DNA from: Candidatus Saccharimonadota bacterium
GTDB lineage: Bacteria; Patescibacteriota; Saccharimonadia; Saccharimonadales; Saccharimonadaceae
DNA: 49,808 nucleotides
Reading direction: 5' to 3'
Assembly (NCBI GenBank): GCA_017404685.1
Contig: JAFRBW010000007.1
Coordinates: 1-49,808 of the forward strand
This document shows positions 28,352 to 40,196 of this stretch, piece after piece. Within the stretch, counting starts at the first letter, position 1. Each line of letters begins with the position of its first letter. Both the position numbers and the translations under genes were made by a program. The notes beneath the pieces are model-generated. The model worked only from the letters and a program-made list of their open reading frames with translations. It did not search any database and was not told where the DNA came from.

Positions 28352-29387
28352 GCTTTTTCTCCCAGTGCATTCTTAGATAGATTAGCGGCCCCACCAGGAT
28401 ATATACATAATACGAGAAGAATCTCCACGTTAGCATCGCCCAGAAAATATACCCTTGCGAAAGCGCCGAAAACACCACATAGAAAGTCCCCTCTGCCGCG
28501 CCAGCATTGCCCGGCGTTGGCACAAAATACACGGCGCTCGTCACCGCGAGAGTCGTCGTAAAGCATTCAAAAAATCCCACGTTCCCGCCAAATGCTAGAA
28601 GTACGAAAAATGGAATCGCCGCCATCAGCGCCTGATAACACGCCGACAAAATAATCGTCTGAAAAAACAATCCGCGCGTTTTCAGAATCATTTTCACCGA
28701 CTTGGCATATTCGGTTACTTCCGACTCGATTTTTTTCAGCGCATCCTCGCGATTTTTCACAACCCGGATTTTTGCCAGCACTTTTGTCAAAAACTGCAAA
28801 AACTGCGTCGTTTGCTTCGGGAAAAAGCTAATTCCCGCAATCATCACTGGCCAAAATGCGTAGAAAAGTAGTCCCACCCATGCTAGCGTCATCAGCGCCG
28901 GATTCTTCATTGTAATTCCGCTGATTAAAAACGCCGTAATCGCCACCACGAGAAACCCGATCTGTCCAGCCACCATTCCGAAAATCGGAATCGACGTAGC
29001 ATGCCCAGCCGCGAGGCCACTATTCTTCCGCATATAATAAATCTGGAACGGCTGCCCACCAATCGCCGCCGGCGTCACATTGTCGTAATACTTCCCTAGC
29101 ATCACCACCCGCCACGCGATCTTCCAAACTTCCGGCAAAGTATGCCGTTCGTCGCGCGATTCAGACCTTATAATCATCAGCACGTATTTCAGCACGTTCG
29201 CCAAAGTCGCCAGCATAAACACGAGGATCGCTGGCAAAAGTAGCCACCATTTCAGCTCGACTTCCTTAAGATTCGCCGCCGATTCCGAGCCACCAAACTC
29301 ATTAATCGCGGTAGCCGCAATCACCACCACATTAAGTAGCACGAACGCCAAAATCCCGACAGGCTTTTTCCAGGATTTTTTTGCCAT
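28329..29387 (-). CDS. Lysylphosphatidylglycerol-synthase TM / flippase-like membrane protein (UPF0104)
   Basis: NVTP...GGQP, PTPGNAGAAEG and WRFFSYY motifs. Confidence 0.88.
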   Translation of the reverse strand: MAKKSWKKPVGILAFVLLNVVVIAATAINEFGGSESAANLKEVELKWWLLLPAILVFMLATLANVLKYVLMIIRSESRDERHTLPEVWKIAWRVVMLGKYYDNVTPAAIGGQPFQIYYMRKNSGLAAGHATSIPIFGMVAGQIGFLVVAITAFLISGITMKNPALMTLAWVGLLFYAFWPVMIAGISFFPKQTTQFLQFLTKVLAKIRVVKNREDALKKIESEVTEYAKSVKMILKTRGLFFQTIILSACYQALMAAIPFFVLLAFGGNVGFFECFTTTLAVTSAVYFVPTPGNAGAAEGTFYVVFSALSQGYIFWAMLTWRFFSYYVYILVGPLIYLRMHWEKKHDTKKLH

Positions 29388-30493
29388 TACCGTCTCGCCG
29401 CTTTAATATTTGGATATTCGTCAACCAAAACCCGAATGCATCCCGCCACCGGCACCGCGATAATTGCACCAAGCAGTCCAAACATGTACATCCCGATCAC
29501 GATCGCTACGAGAATTGCCACCGCTGGCAGATTTAATGCGTCGCCCTGAATCTTCGGCGCGATTACATTGTTCTCCACTTGCGCATATACAATATATGCC
29601 ACCGCAAACACCACCGCCGCAATCGGACTACTAAAGAGCAGAATCAACGTCACAATCGTCCCGCCGATAAACTGCCCAAACATCGGAATGAGGTAAAACA
29701 ACATCGTCGTCATCCCCATCGGAATCGCGAGGCTCGATGGCACCGGCGTAAAGAGCGAAATCAAAAACACCAGCAATGCGCTTGCACAGCCATCAATCGC
29801 CGCCACAATTACTTGTCGCGAAACGTAAGTCGAAACTACATTCGCCATTCTGGAAAACACGCGCTTTGCCACCGCCACTGGTTTTTTGTCTTCCTCGGCC
29901 GCGCCCATATTTTTCCAAAATCCATTTGCAAGCGCCGGCCCTTCGAGTAGAAAGAGCAGCGTCAGCACTAAAACCAGCACGACTTTCATCACCACTCCCG
30001 CAATACTACTTACGCTAGAAAGCAAGCTATTCCCCAGCACGCCCAAGATGTCGTTCGAAAGGTTTGTTACTGCGCTAGTAATCTCCGAATGCAAATCCGA
30101 AATCCCAATCGATTGCCCAAAGCTATTCACTCCATCCCAGCCGCCAAAAGTCTTCTCAAACGTCTCCGGGAAGTTCTGCACGAATTTAGTCGTTTCATTC
30201 ACCACTACTGGCCCTACAACCGCCACAATTGTGCCAATGACAAGTACTACGATGAGATACGCCAGCACCGCCGACAACGTCTGGTGCTTTTTCTGCTTCC
30301 CGAAAATCCTGCCGAGAAACCCATTGACTTTCCGGACCAGCGGCTTTAGCGCCAAAGCCAAGAAAATCGACGCCCCCACTATGACCAACCCGTCTATCGC
30401 TGAATACAAGAACAGCGCTACCAATACTATCCCTAGTGGCACCAGCCAAAACTTAATGAAAGTCCTTAAATCCGTCTCGATCACTTTAGACAT
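29387..30493 (-). CDS. AI-2E family transporter
   Basis: LIPMFG..IG, QVENNVIAPKIQG.ALNL and GLLGAIIAVP motifs. Confidence 0.9.
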   Translation of the reverse strand: MSKVIETDLRTFIKFWLVPLGIVLVALFLYSAIDGLVIVGASIFLALALKPLVRKVNGFLGRIFGKQKKHQTLSAVLAYLIVVLVIGTIVAVVGPVVVNETTKFVQNFPETFEKTFGGWDGVNSFGQSIGISDLHSEITSAVTNLSNDILGVLGNSLLSSVSSIAGVVMKVVLVLVLTLLFLLEGPALANGFWKNMGAAEEDKKPVAVAKRVFSRMANVVSTYVSRQVIVAAIDGCASALLVFLISLFTPVPSSLAIPMGMTTMLFYLIPMFGQFIGGTIVTLILLFSSPIAAVVFAVAYIVYAQVENNVIAPKIQGDALNLPAVAILVAIVIGMYMFGLLGAIIAVPVAGCIRVLVDEYPNIKAARR

Positions 30494-30611
30494 AAACCTC
30501 CTTCATATTCTCATTATAACACAAAAAACTACCATTTTGAACAATTTCGCTCCGTCACATCCGTCATCAGCGCATTTGCAATACCGCAGCAAAATATGGT
30601 ATAATATAAGA

Positions 30612-32767
<2,156 letters not shown>

Positions 32768-34108
32768 TTACAAATAGCTCCAAACCGTGCCGTTTGACGT
32801 GTCTTTCACTATGATGCCTTGCTTTAGCAGCAAATCTCGCAACTCGTCAGACTTCGCGTAATCTTTTGCTTCGCGTGCGGCCTCGCGCTCACGAATCAAG
32901 TTATAGGCCTCGTCCGGCAAATTTGGCGTATCTTCGATCAACCGTAGCCCAAACAAATCATTAATCTTTTTCCAATCGCTGAAAGTAAGCTCAGAATTGT
33001 CAATCAAGGCACACGCTTCCGCAGCGTTGAGGTTGTTTGATACAGCCGCCAGGATTGCGTCAAAGTTCCCCGATTCCTTGCCTTCGTCATGCAGATAGCA
33101 TTCCGAAACTCGCGCCCGCCAATTCGCTCGCCGGTTACGCGCCGCTTCAAGCGACCGGAAAGTAAAGTTCCTGGTGCCTTGATAATGCCCAGAAAGCAGC
33201 CACATTTTGTAATCCATCGGGTCAAAACCCCGTTCCACCAAATCTTCTAACGTATAGACATTTCCTAGGGATTTCGAGATCTTCTGCCCATCAATCGTAA
33301 TGAAATCACAATGTAGCCAGTATTTTGCCAGCTCGTGACCATACGCTGCGTAAGTCTGCGCAATTTCGTTGGTATGATGTACCGGCACGTGATCAATCCC
33401 ACCAGTATGGATGTCGATTGGCTCACCCAGCGTTTCGTGAATAATCGTCGAACATTCTAGATGCCAACCCGGATATCCCGGCCGACCCAAATAGTCCCAA
33501 CGCATCGCGTGTTTTTCGCCAGGCTTGATAAATTTCCACACCGCAAAATCCGACGCGCTAAGCTTCTCGCTCGAAAACCCAACTCTTGCGCCAGCCTGGA
33601 GGCCAGCTAAATCTAGATGCGCGAACTTAGCATAATCGGCAAATTTTGATGTATCAAAATACACGCCATCTTCGGTTTCATACGCAAAACCATTCTGAGT
33701 CATTAAATCCACCGCCTGCTTGTCCTCTTCAATATAATCAGTCGCCCTAGCTAGTACATCTGCCGGCAAAAACTCCATCGCCTTGTAATTATTCAAATAC
33801 ACATTAATATAATAATCTGCGATTTCAAATGGAGTTTTGCCTTCGCGCGCCGCGCCTTTTTCGAGTTTATCCTCACCTTCATCGCCATCAGAAACCAAAT
33901 GTCCCACATCCGTCAAATTCAGCACGCGTTTTACTTTATAACCATTTGCCTTGAGGGTACGCACGAGCAAATCCCAGTAGGTATAAGCAGCATAATTTCC
34001 AATATGCGGAAAACTATATACCGTCGGCCCGCAGGTATAGATTTTTACCACATCACCAAGTGGCTTGAACTCTTCTAGTTTTTTGCTGGCCGTATTATAT
34101 AGTTTCAT
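32768..34108 (-). CDS. cysS: Cysteine--tRNA ligase
   Basis: CGPTVY, HIGN, PGWHLECS, HTGG.D...HH.NE and KISKS motifs. Confidence 0.97.
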   Translation of the reverse strand: MKLYNTASKKLEEFKPLGDVVKIYTCGPTVYSFPHIGNYAAYTYWDLLVRTLKANGYKVKRVLNLTDVGHLVSDGDEGEDKLEKGAAREGKTPFEIADYYINVYLNNYKAMEFLPADVLARATDYIEEDKQAVDLMTQNGFAYETEDGVYFDTSKFADYAKFAHLDLAGLQAGARVGFSSEKLSASDFAVWKFIKPGEKHAMRWDYLGRPGYPGWHLECSTIIHETLGEPIDIHTGGIDHVPVHHTNEIAQTYAAYGHELAKYWLHCDFITIDGQKISKSLGNVYTLEDLVERGFDPMDYKMWLLSGHYQGTRNFTFRSLEAARNRRANWRARVSECYLHDEGKESGNFDAILAAVSNNLNAAEACALIDNSELTFSDWKKINDLFGLRLIEDTPNLPDEAYNLIREREAAREAKDYAKSDELRDLLLKQGIIVKDTSNGTVWSYL

Positions 34109-34856
34109 TGATTTCCTCCTCCAGGATTTCGCGTATTTTATTGTATTTTTCGCGGGACATTCCGTGGCGCCCCACCGTTTTGATCGCCGACAAGTATTTT
34201 TTGTTTTCGCGGACTACTTTCGGGATATTCCGAGGTGCGATGATTTGGTCAAGTTCCCCGTAAATCAGCATCGCCGGCGTTTTTAGTTCACTCAGCACTT
34301 TGTAGTTTTTGCGATTGCACACGATATTTTTCATAAAGTTCTGATACGATTTTTCTTTAGTAATGCCATGCACTTTGACTTTCACCGCATCGTTAAAAGC
34401 TTTTAGCGCCACTTCAAATGCTGGGTTGTCCAAATCATCCTCAGTGTAAACCGGTGGCGACACCAAAATCAGTTTTTTCACTTTCTTTTTGTGAGTATCC
34501 GCATAGCGTGTTGTAATCAAAGTCCCCATTGAATGCCCGACTAGAATTAGTGGCGTATTCAGATTTAGTTTTTCTATTGACCTATGGAGTGCATCCAGTT
34601 GTTCTTTGAAATTATATTCCAGACGATCATTCTTGTACGATTTGCCTGCGCCAAGCAGATCAAAAGTCACAAATCTTATATCCTTAAGAGAACGCGTACC
34701 TTCTAGATACTTCAGGGCGTTACTGAAAGTCGCAGAGTTTGATGCAATCCCATGAATCAGTACAACCGTAAGCACTGGCTTTCCCGAAACACAAAAATCG
34801 TGAGTTTTCTTTAGCTCTAAAGGTTGATTCAAAAGATCATACTTCAGGCTATACAT
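34095..34856 (-). CDS. Alpha/beta hydrolase (esterase/lipase-like)
   Basis: LIHG, FDLLGAG, GHSMG, D and H motifs. Confidence 0.88.
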   Translation of the reverse strand: MYSLKYDLLNQPLELKKTHDFCVSGKPVLTVVLIHGIASNSATFSNALKYLEGTRSLKDIRFVTFDLLGAGKSYKNDRLEYNFKEQLDALHRSIEKLNLNTPLILVGHSMGTLITTRYADTHKKKVKKLILVSPPVYTEDDLDNPAFEVALKAFNDAVKVKVHGITKEKSYQNFMKNIVCNRKNYKVLSELKTPAMLIYGELDQIIAPRNIPKVVRENKKYLSAIKTVGRHGMSREKYNKIREILEEEINETI

Positions 34857-35832
34857 TTTCCGCCTCCAGCTGCGGTACGATTCTCACGAGATCACGGACC
34901 ACTTCTTCATAATTTGTGTCGTAAGTCCTAAACCCAGCCGCATAGGCATGCCCGCCGCCACCAAAATACGCAGCGATTTTTTCCGCAATTGGCGCACCAT
35001 TACTGCATCGAATTTTTCCAGTCACTTTTCCGTCCGGATAAGTTTTGACTGCTACTGCCACTTTTACGCCTTCCACCAGTCTCAGCTCTTCTAAAATCAG
35101 TACATTTGGATTATACTCGTCCGAATACTCCTGGATATCATTCCACGGAATATGTACAGTTGCCAGCTCTCCATCCAACGAGTAATCAATGCGTTTAATA
35201 AGATCCGCTTTGTAGTCAAGAATACGTGGCGACTTTTTCATGTATTCGCGACGCGCCTCCTCAAGCTCAGCAATCGCTGCGCCGCGCCGCGTGAGATCCG
35301 CAAAAATCTCATACGTCCGCGCCGTCACAGACGAACTCGTGAGCCCCAGCGTGTCGGACATAATCGCCTGCATAATCGCCTCCGCTGCCGGCTTCGTGAT
35401 ATCTATTCCTTGCTCTGTCGCAATTTCATAAATCAATTCTGCCGATGCCGATCTCGTCTCGATAATGCTCTCATGCGGAAAATCCAAGTCATCTTCAGTC
35501 TCGTGGTGATCAATCACAAATACCGGCGCTGAATATAGGCGGTTTCTAATCGCTGTATCTTCAAGCAACTTAGACAGCAGCACCGTCGCCGCTGTATCTA
35601 CAATAATATAACCATCCGCGCGGTAATCAAATTCGTCCGTCACCCTCGACCAATCCGCAAAATAATGCAGATATCTCGGAATGTCAATCGGACAATACAT
35701 CGAAACCTCAATATTGTCAAGCAAATAATCCAGCGCAATCGCGCTGCCAAGAGAATCCCCATCCGGGTTCTCCGCTTGAATTACACAAATTGTCTTTTTG
35801 TCCTTTATAAACTCCGAAAACTTCTGATACAT
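34849..35832 (-). CDS. nrnA: DHH/DHHA1 phosphoesterase (nanoRNase NrnA-like)
   Basis: NPDGDSLGS, VD, IDHH, SDT and GGGGH..AAG motifs. Confidence 0.88.
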   Translation of the reverse strand: MYQKFSEFIKDKKTICVIQAENPDGDSLGSAIALDYLLDNIEVSMYCPIDIPRYLHYFADWSRVTDEFDYRADGYIIVDTAATVLLSKLLEDTAIRNRLYSAPVFVIDHHETEDDLDFPHESIIETRSASAELIYEIATEQGIDITKPAAEAIMQAIMSDTLGLTSSSVTARTYEIFADLTRRGAAIAELEEARREYMKKSPRILDYKADLIKRIDYSLDGELATVHIPWNDIQEYSDEYNPNVLILEELRLVEGVKVAVAVKTYPDGKVTGKIRCSNGAPIAEKIAAYFGGGGHAYAAGFRTYDTNYEEVVRDLVRIVPQLEAENV

Positions 35833-35840
35833 ATAATATA

Positions 35841-36383
35841 TTATATCATAAGTTTACGACTCTTGATAAGATAGTCGCACCCCGAAAACACCGTTAGCGC
35901 CACTACTATATATAATAATACTGTATTTATCACGCCAAAAACCTCGTTTCCGATAATTACGTTCATTAAAATCAAAGTAATCGTAATCATCTGCACCATT
36001 GTTTTTAGTTTACCATATTTTGATGCCGCAATTGTAATCCGATTTTTTGCAGCCAGCATCCGAACCCCATCCACAATGAAATCTCGCACCAGAATAATCG
36101 CAAAAACCCACACCGGCACGCGCCCCAGCACTACGAGCGCGAGAAAAGTTAAATTTACCAGCATTTTGTCTGCCAGCGGATCCAAAAACTCACCGAGCGT
36201 CGTCACTTGCTTATTCTTGCGCGCTAGCCGCCCATCCACAAAATCCGTTATGCTCGCCAAAACGAAACAAAGTATCGTAATAATCTGTGCTGTTAGATTG
36301 TTCATAAAAATACAAATCATCAGCGGAGCTATCAGGACAATCCGAAGTATAGTCAAAATCGTCGGCAAATTGAGCGTTTTCAT
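35841..36383 (-). CDS. pgsA: CDP-diacylglycerol--glycerol-3-phosphate 3-phosphatidyltransferase
   Basis: NLP..LT..R, TDFVDGRLARK...T.LG.FLDPLADK and GKLKT motifs. Confidence 0.95.
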   Translation of the reverse strand: MKTLNLPTILTILRIVLIAPLMICIFMNNLTAQIITILCFVLASITDFVDGRLARKNKQVTTLGEFLDPLADKMLVNLTFLALVVLGRVPVWVFAIILVRDFIVDGVRMLAAKNRITIAASKYGKLKTMVQMITITLILMNVIIGNEVFGVINTVLLYIVVALTVFSGCDYLIKSRKLMI

Positions 36384-36811
36384 ACGATATCTCTTCTGTG
36401 CTCAACTTTCCAAGCTCGGATTTTTGCAAATTTCGCCGCCAACACGTCCGTGGACCATTTGTCTCCCAGCATCACGGTTTCTGATGGTTTGAACTTATAG
36501 TCCTCCATTGCCGCAGTCAGTTTTGTAGATAAAGGTTTCTTCGCCCACCATACGCAATCAATTTCAAGTGGCTCGCAAAACTTCTGCATCATTTTTTTAC
36601 GTCCATTATTGGAAATAATCACCACCTTCACCCCGGCCTTTTTGCATTCCATAATCCAATCAATCAGCTCGTCCGCCGGCTCTTTTTCTGAATGCAGCCG
36701 GAGCGTATTGTCTAGATCGCAAAGTAGCAGCTTCACCCCCGCTTTTTTCAAAATCTCCGGCGTAACATCTTCAAATCTTTCGAACTTTTTGTCTGCGTGC
36801 AATAAAATCAT
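36380..36811 (-). CDS. yqeG: YqeG-family HAD IIIA phosphatase (candidate phosphatidylglycerophosphatase)
   Basis: DLDNTL, SNN, KP and GD...TD motifs; overlaps the pgsA start. Confidence 0.85.
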   Translation of the reverse strand: MILLHADKKFERFEDVTPEILKKAGVKLLLCDLDNTLRLHSEKEPADELIDWIMECKKAGVKVVIISNNGRKKMMQKFCEPLEIDCVWWAKKPLSTKLTAAMEDYKFKPSETVMLGDKWSTDVLAAKFAKIRAWKVEHRRDIV

Positions 36812-36818
36812 ATAACTA

Positions 36819-37505
36819 TCATACCATAAAACTTATTATTAATAGTATAGTTGTGCTAAAAGCCGTAGAGTCAATTCTATCCAAATATCCGCCATGTCCC
36901 TCCGACCCGCCAATAAGAACCTCGATCCCGCGAAACATTTTGTTTTTAATCAAAATCTCGTTTGAATCCTTCACATCAAAGCGACGCTTCAAAAAGCTCT
37001 CATATAGATCACCAATCAGCGCCAAAGGTCCGCACAAAAGATACATCCAATCCGTGCTAGAAGTTCCCCTCGCCGCCATTAGAATTGCCACCATTCCTAT
37101 GGCCATCAGAAGTCCGCAAAAAGTCCCTTCCCAAGTTTTGTTTTTAGAAATATGTGGGAATGGTCGCGACTTCTTGAAAAACTTCCCGCCAATCATTTTC
37201 CCAAACAAATATGCAAAAATATCATACCCCGGCACGCCCAAAATAATATACCAAAAATTCGAGACGTCAGTTTTCGCCACAAAAATCGTGCTACAAATCA
37301 AAAACGTAATTTCAAAAATCACCAAAATGCACTTTTCTGCCGAGAAACCTTTTTTAAAGAAACTCAGAAGCTCGATCGCCGCAATCAAAGCAAACAACCC
37401 AAAAATGATTTTAAACGGAATCGAGTCAAAAACGTACAATGAAACTATCGATACGGCAAACATCATCGTTCCAACTAAAACTCGCACCTTGAAGTTCTTG
37501 TCCAT
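36819..37505 (-). CDS. cdsA: Phosphatidate cytidylyltransferase
   Basis: DIFAY..G, IS.NKTWEG, GDLYES.LKR...VKDS and GHGG.LDRIDS motifs. Confidence 0.93.
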   Translation of the reverse strand: MDKNFKVRVLVGTMMFAVSIVSLYVFDSIPFKIIFGLFALIAAIELLSFFKKGFSAEKCILVIFEITFLICSTIFVAKTDVSNFWYIILGVPGYDIFAYLFGKMIGGKFFKKSRPFPHISKNKTWEGTFCGLLMAIGMVAILMAARGTSSTDWMYLLCGPLALIGDLYESFLKRRFDVKDSNEILIKNKMFRGIEVLIGGSEGHGGYLDRIDSTAFSTTILLIISFMV

Positions 37506-37511
37506 AAATTA

Positions 37512-37531
37512 ATTATATCATATGTTATAAT
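37512..37531. promoter_or_regulatory. Back-to-back extended -10 promoters for cdsA and the acyl-CoA ligase
   Basis: ATTATATCATATGTTATAAT near-palindrome; each TATAAT lies 6 nt from an ATG. Confidence 0.75.
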
Positions 37532-37537
37532 TGTTAT

Positions 37538-39265
37538 ATGCTCGAATTTACAGTCAACAAAATCAAAAAACTCGTTCGCACCGTGGATATGTATCTTGAG
37601 CGCAGTAAATATGGCTACATCGAAAAATTACCGAAAGATTTCGAATATCCCGAAGGTGGTCTTTACGACGTCGTTTATGATTCTGCGCAAAAATGGGCGC
37701 GTGGCATTGCTATCAGCTATTATTCTACCGAAATCACCTATAAAGAGCTCATCAAAAAAATCGATCGCACCGCTCGCGCTCTCAAAGCCATCGGCGTCAA
37801 TAAAGGCGATCGCGTCACGGTCTGTATGCCAAACACGCCCGAAGCGGTCTATATGTTTTACGCTATCAATGAGGTCGGTGCCGTCGCTAATATGATTCAT
37901 CCGCTTTCTTCCGAAAAAGAAATCGAAGAATACGTAAACCGCGCCGACTCCAAAGTTATGTTTTGTATCGACATCGCTTATCCCAAGGTTGAAAGCATCA
38001 TCAAAAACACCAATCTAGAACATGTGGTGGTTATTTCTGCGACGCGTTCGATGGATCTTTTTCTCCGCGCCATTTATAAACTCACCAAAGGCCGCAAAAA
38101 TCACGTCAAAAAATCCCAAACCATCACAACTTGGGATCGGTTCCTTTATGGCGCATCGAAGTTTATCGGCAATCCGCATGTTCGCGTGAACGCAAACGAT
38201 CCGGCCGTGATTCTCTATTCTGGCGGCACCACCGGCAAGCCAAAAGGTGTCGTTTTGACCAATCTCAATTTCAACTCGCAGGCTCTCGGTGCCAAATATC
38301 TCGTGCCAGAACTTTTGAAAGCCCGCTATTCAATGCTTTGTTTTCTGCCAAACTTTCATGCTTTTGGTCTTGGCGTTTGTATGCATATTCCGCTCTATTG
38401 CGGCATGCGGCTTGTGCTTATTCCGCAGTTTAATGCCAAAAAACTGAGAGGCTACATCAAAAAATACAAAATCAACATTCTGGTTGGCGTACCAACCGTT
38501 TACGATTATTTCATGAAACTCAAATTCGGTCCGCGCGATTTGAAGCGCATCAAGGGCGCAGTTTCTGGTGGCGATATGGTTAGCCAGTCAATGAAAACTC
38601 AGCTCAACGATTTCTTTGCCGCCCACGGCTCAAAAGCCATGCTCCACAATGGTTATGGCCTCACCGAGGCTGCCGGCGGTATGATTTTCTCGCCGGCCAG
38701 CATCGCTAAAGGCGAAGGCGTGATTGGTTTTCCGTTGCCAGACAGTGAAGCCATCATTGTCGATCCAAAAACCCTAAAGCCAGTTCCGCTTGGCGAGCCA
38801 GGCGAGATTTTGGTGCGGGGCCTTACCGTGATGAAAGAATATCTTGGCGATCCCAAAGAAACCGCCGCTACTTTTGTGATGGTTGGCCGCAAAAAATATC
38901 TTCGCACCGGCGACATTGGCTATCTTGATGATCGCGGCATCGTTTATTTCAAAGGCCGCTTAAAACGTATGATTATCACGAACGGCTACAATGTTTATCC
39001 ATCCAACATCGAGGAAGTCACTTTGAAGTCTAAACTTGTTTCAAAATGTGCCTGCATCGGCGTGCCAGACAAACTTCGCGGCGAAATCGTCAAAGTATTC
39101 ATTATTCCAAAAGACAATGCTTCCGAGCGCGCCATCAAAAAAGATCTCGCGAAAATCTACAAACAATATCTCGCCAAATACGAAACCCCGCGTGCATATA
39201 GTTTTGTGGACGATTTCCCAAAGACCAAACTCGGCAAAATTGATTATCTGAAGCTAAACAAATAG
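37538..39265 (+). CDS. Long-chain fatty-acid--CoA ligase (FadD-like AMP-binding enzyme)
   Basis: YSGGTTGKPKG, GYGLTE, TGDIG, GR.K.MI and GK motifs. Confidence 0.9.
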   Translation: MLEFTVNKIKKLVRTVDMYLERSKYGYIEKLPKDFEYPEGGLYDVVYDSAQKWARGIAISYYSTEITYKELIKKIDRTARALKAIGVNKGDRVTVCMPNTPEAVYMFYAINEVGAVANMIHPLSSEKEIEEYVNRADSKVMFCIDIAYPKVESIIKNTNLEHVVVISATRSMDLFLRAIYKLTKGRKNHVKKSQTITTWDRFLYGASKFIGNPHVRVNANDPAVILYSGGTTGKPKGVVLTNLNFNSQALGAKYLVPELLKARYSMLCFLPNFHAFGLGVCMHIPLYCGMRLVLIPQFNAKKLRGYIKKYKINILVGVPTVYDYFMKLKFGPRDLKRIKGAVSGGDMVSQSMKTQLNDFFAAHGSKAMLHNGYGLTEAAGGMIFSPASIAKGEGVIGFPLPDSEAIIVDPKTLKPVPLGEPGEILVRGLTVMKEYLGDPKETAATFVMVGRKKYLRTGDIGYLDDRGIVYFKGRLKRMIITNGYNVYPSNIEEVTLKSKLVSKCACIGVPDKLRGEIVKVFIIPKDNASERAIKKDLAKIYKQYLAKYETPRAYSFVDDFPKTKLGKIDYLKLNK

Positions 39266-39293
39266 GCGGGTGACGCGCGGAAGTGGATCACCA

Positions 39294-39899
39294 CTATAAT
39301 TTGGTTCGATTTTCAAGCGCCGCACTCAGCGTAATTTGATCCGCATATGTTAGATCTACGCCCAGCGGCAATCCTCTCGCTAGCCGTGTTAGCTTGAGCT
39401 CCGGTTTTTTCTCATGCAAAACTTTCTCAAGCAGAAGCGCCGTCGATTCCCCCTCCACCGACGGATTCGTTGCGATAATCACTTCTGATACATCGTCAGC
39501 ATCTAGCCGTTCCACCAACTCGCGTATATGCAACTGATCCGGCGTAATCCCATCAATCGGCGAAATCGCCCCACCCAGCACATGATAAACGCCCTTAAAC
39601 CCGCGTGTCGCTTCTATCGCGTAAATATCTAGCGGTTCTTCCACTACTAGCACGGTGCTTTTGTCGCGCGTTGGGTCAGAATACAGCGGTGAGACTTCTT
39701 CGTCCGCGTCAATGAGGGCAAAAGTTACCGGGCAGGATTTTACTCCAGAATGCAAAGAAGAGAGCGCCGCACTGATTTCTTCGGCCACTTTGGGGTTTGC
39801 ACGAAAAAGATAGTACGCATAGCGTTCCGCCGTTTTTTGACCCACACCCGGAAGCATTCCGAGCGCATCAATCACACTCACGAGAGCTTTTGGCAACAT
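39294..39899 (-). CDS. recR: Recombination mediator RecR (zinc finger degenerate)
   Basis: LPGVG.KTAER, VVE, YHVLGG.ISP and EGESTA motifs. Confidence 0.96.
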   Translation of the reverse strand: MLPKALVSVIDALGMLPGVGQKTAERYAYYLFRANPKVAEEISAALSSLHSGVKSCPVTFALIDADEEVSPLYSDPTRDKSTVLVVEEPLDIYAIEATRGFKGVYHVLGGAISPIDGITPDQLHIRELVERLDADDVSEVIIATNPSVEGESTALLLEKVLHEKKPELKLTRLARGLPLGVDLTYADQITLSAALENRTKL

Positions 39900-40195
39900 T
39901 ACATTCCTAGACCAGAAAGTCCGCCCATCAAAGGTTTCATCTTGTCAGTTGCAATTTCTTGCGCCTTCGCAAAACCATCACGCATGCAGTTCTCTATCCA
40001 GCGCTCCAACTCGTGAATGTCATTAAGATCTACTTTATCTGGATCAATCGTGACCTTCTTCACTTTGAGCTCGCCATTAATCTGCACTACCACTGCGCCA
40101 TCGCCGGCTTCTACTTCTACAATTTCGTTTTTTAACTCTTTTTGAGCCTTGCGGAGCTGATTTAATAGCTTCATTTGGTCTATAGTCTGTCCCAT
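39899..40195 (-). CDS. ybaB: YbaB/EbfC nucleoid-associated protein
   Basis: AGDGAVVVQINGE.KV..V.ID; adjacent to recR. Confidence 0.92.
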   Translation of the reverse strand: MGQTIDQMKLLNQLRKAQKELKNEIVEVEAGDGAVVVQINGELKVKKVTIDPDKVDLNDIHELERWIENCMRDGFAKAQEIATDKMKPLMGGLSGLGM

Positions 40196-40196
40196 T

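Noticed and set aside
30519-30599. preQ1 riboswitch upstream of queA
   Set aside because: queA appears leaderless and no preQ1 stem-loop with A-rich tail is visible.
29886-30611. Apparent 242-aa N-terminal extension of QueA
   Set aside because: It is an antisense shadow of the AI-2E gene. The real start is ATG 30612, just after TGGTATAAT.
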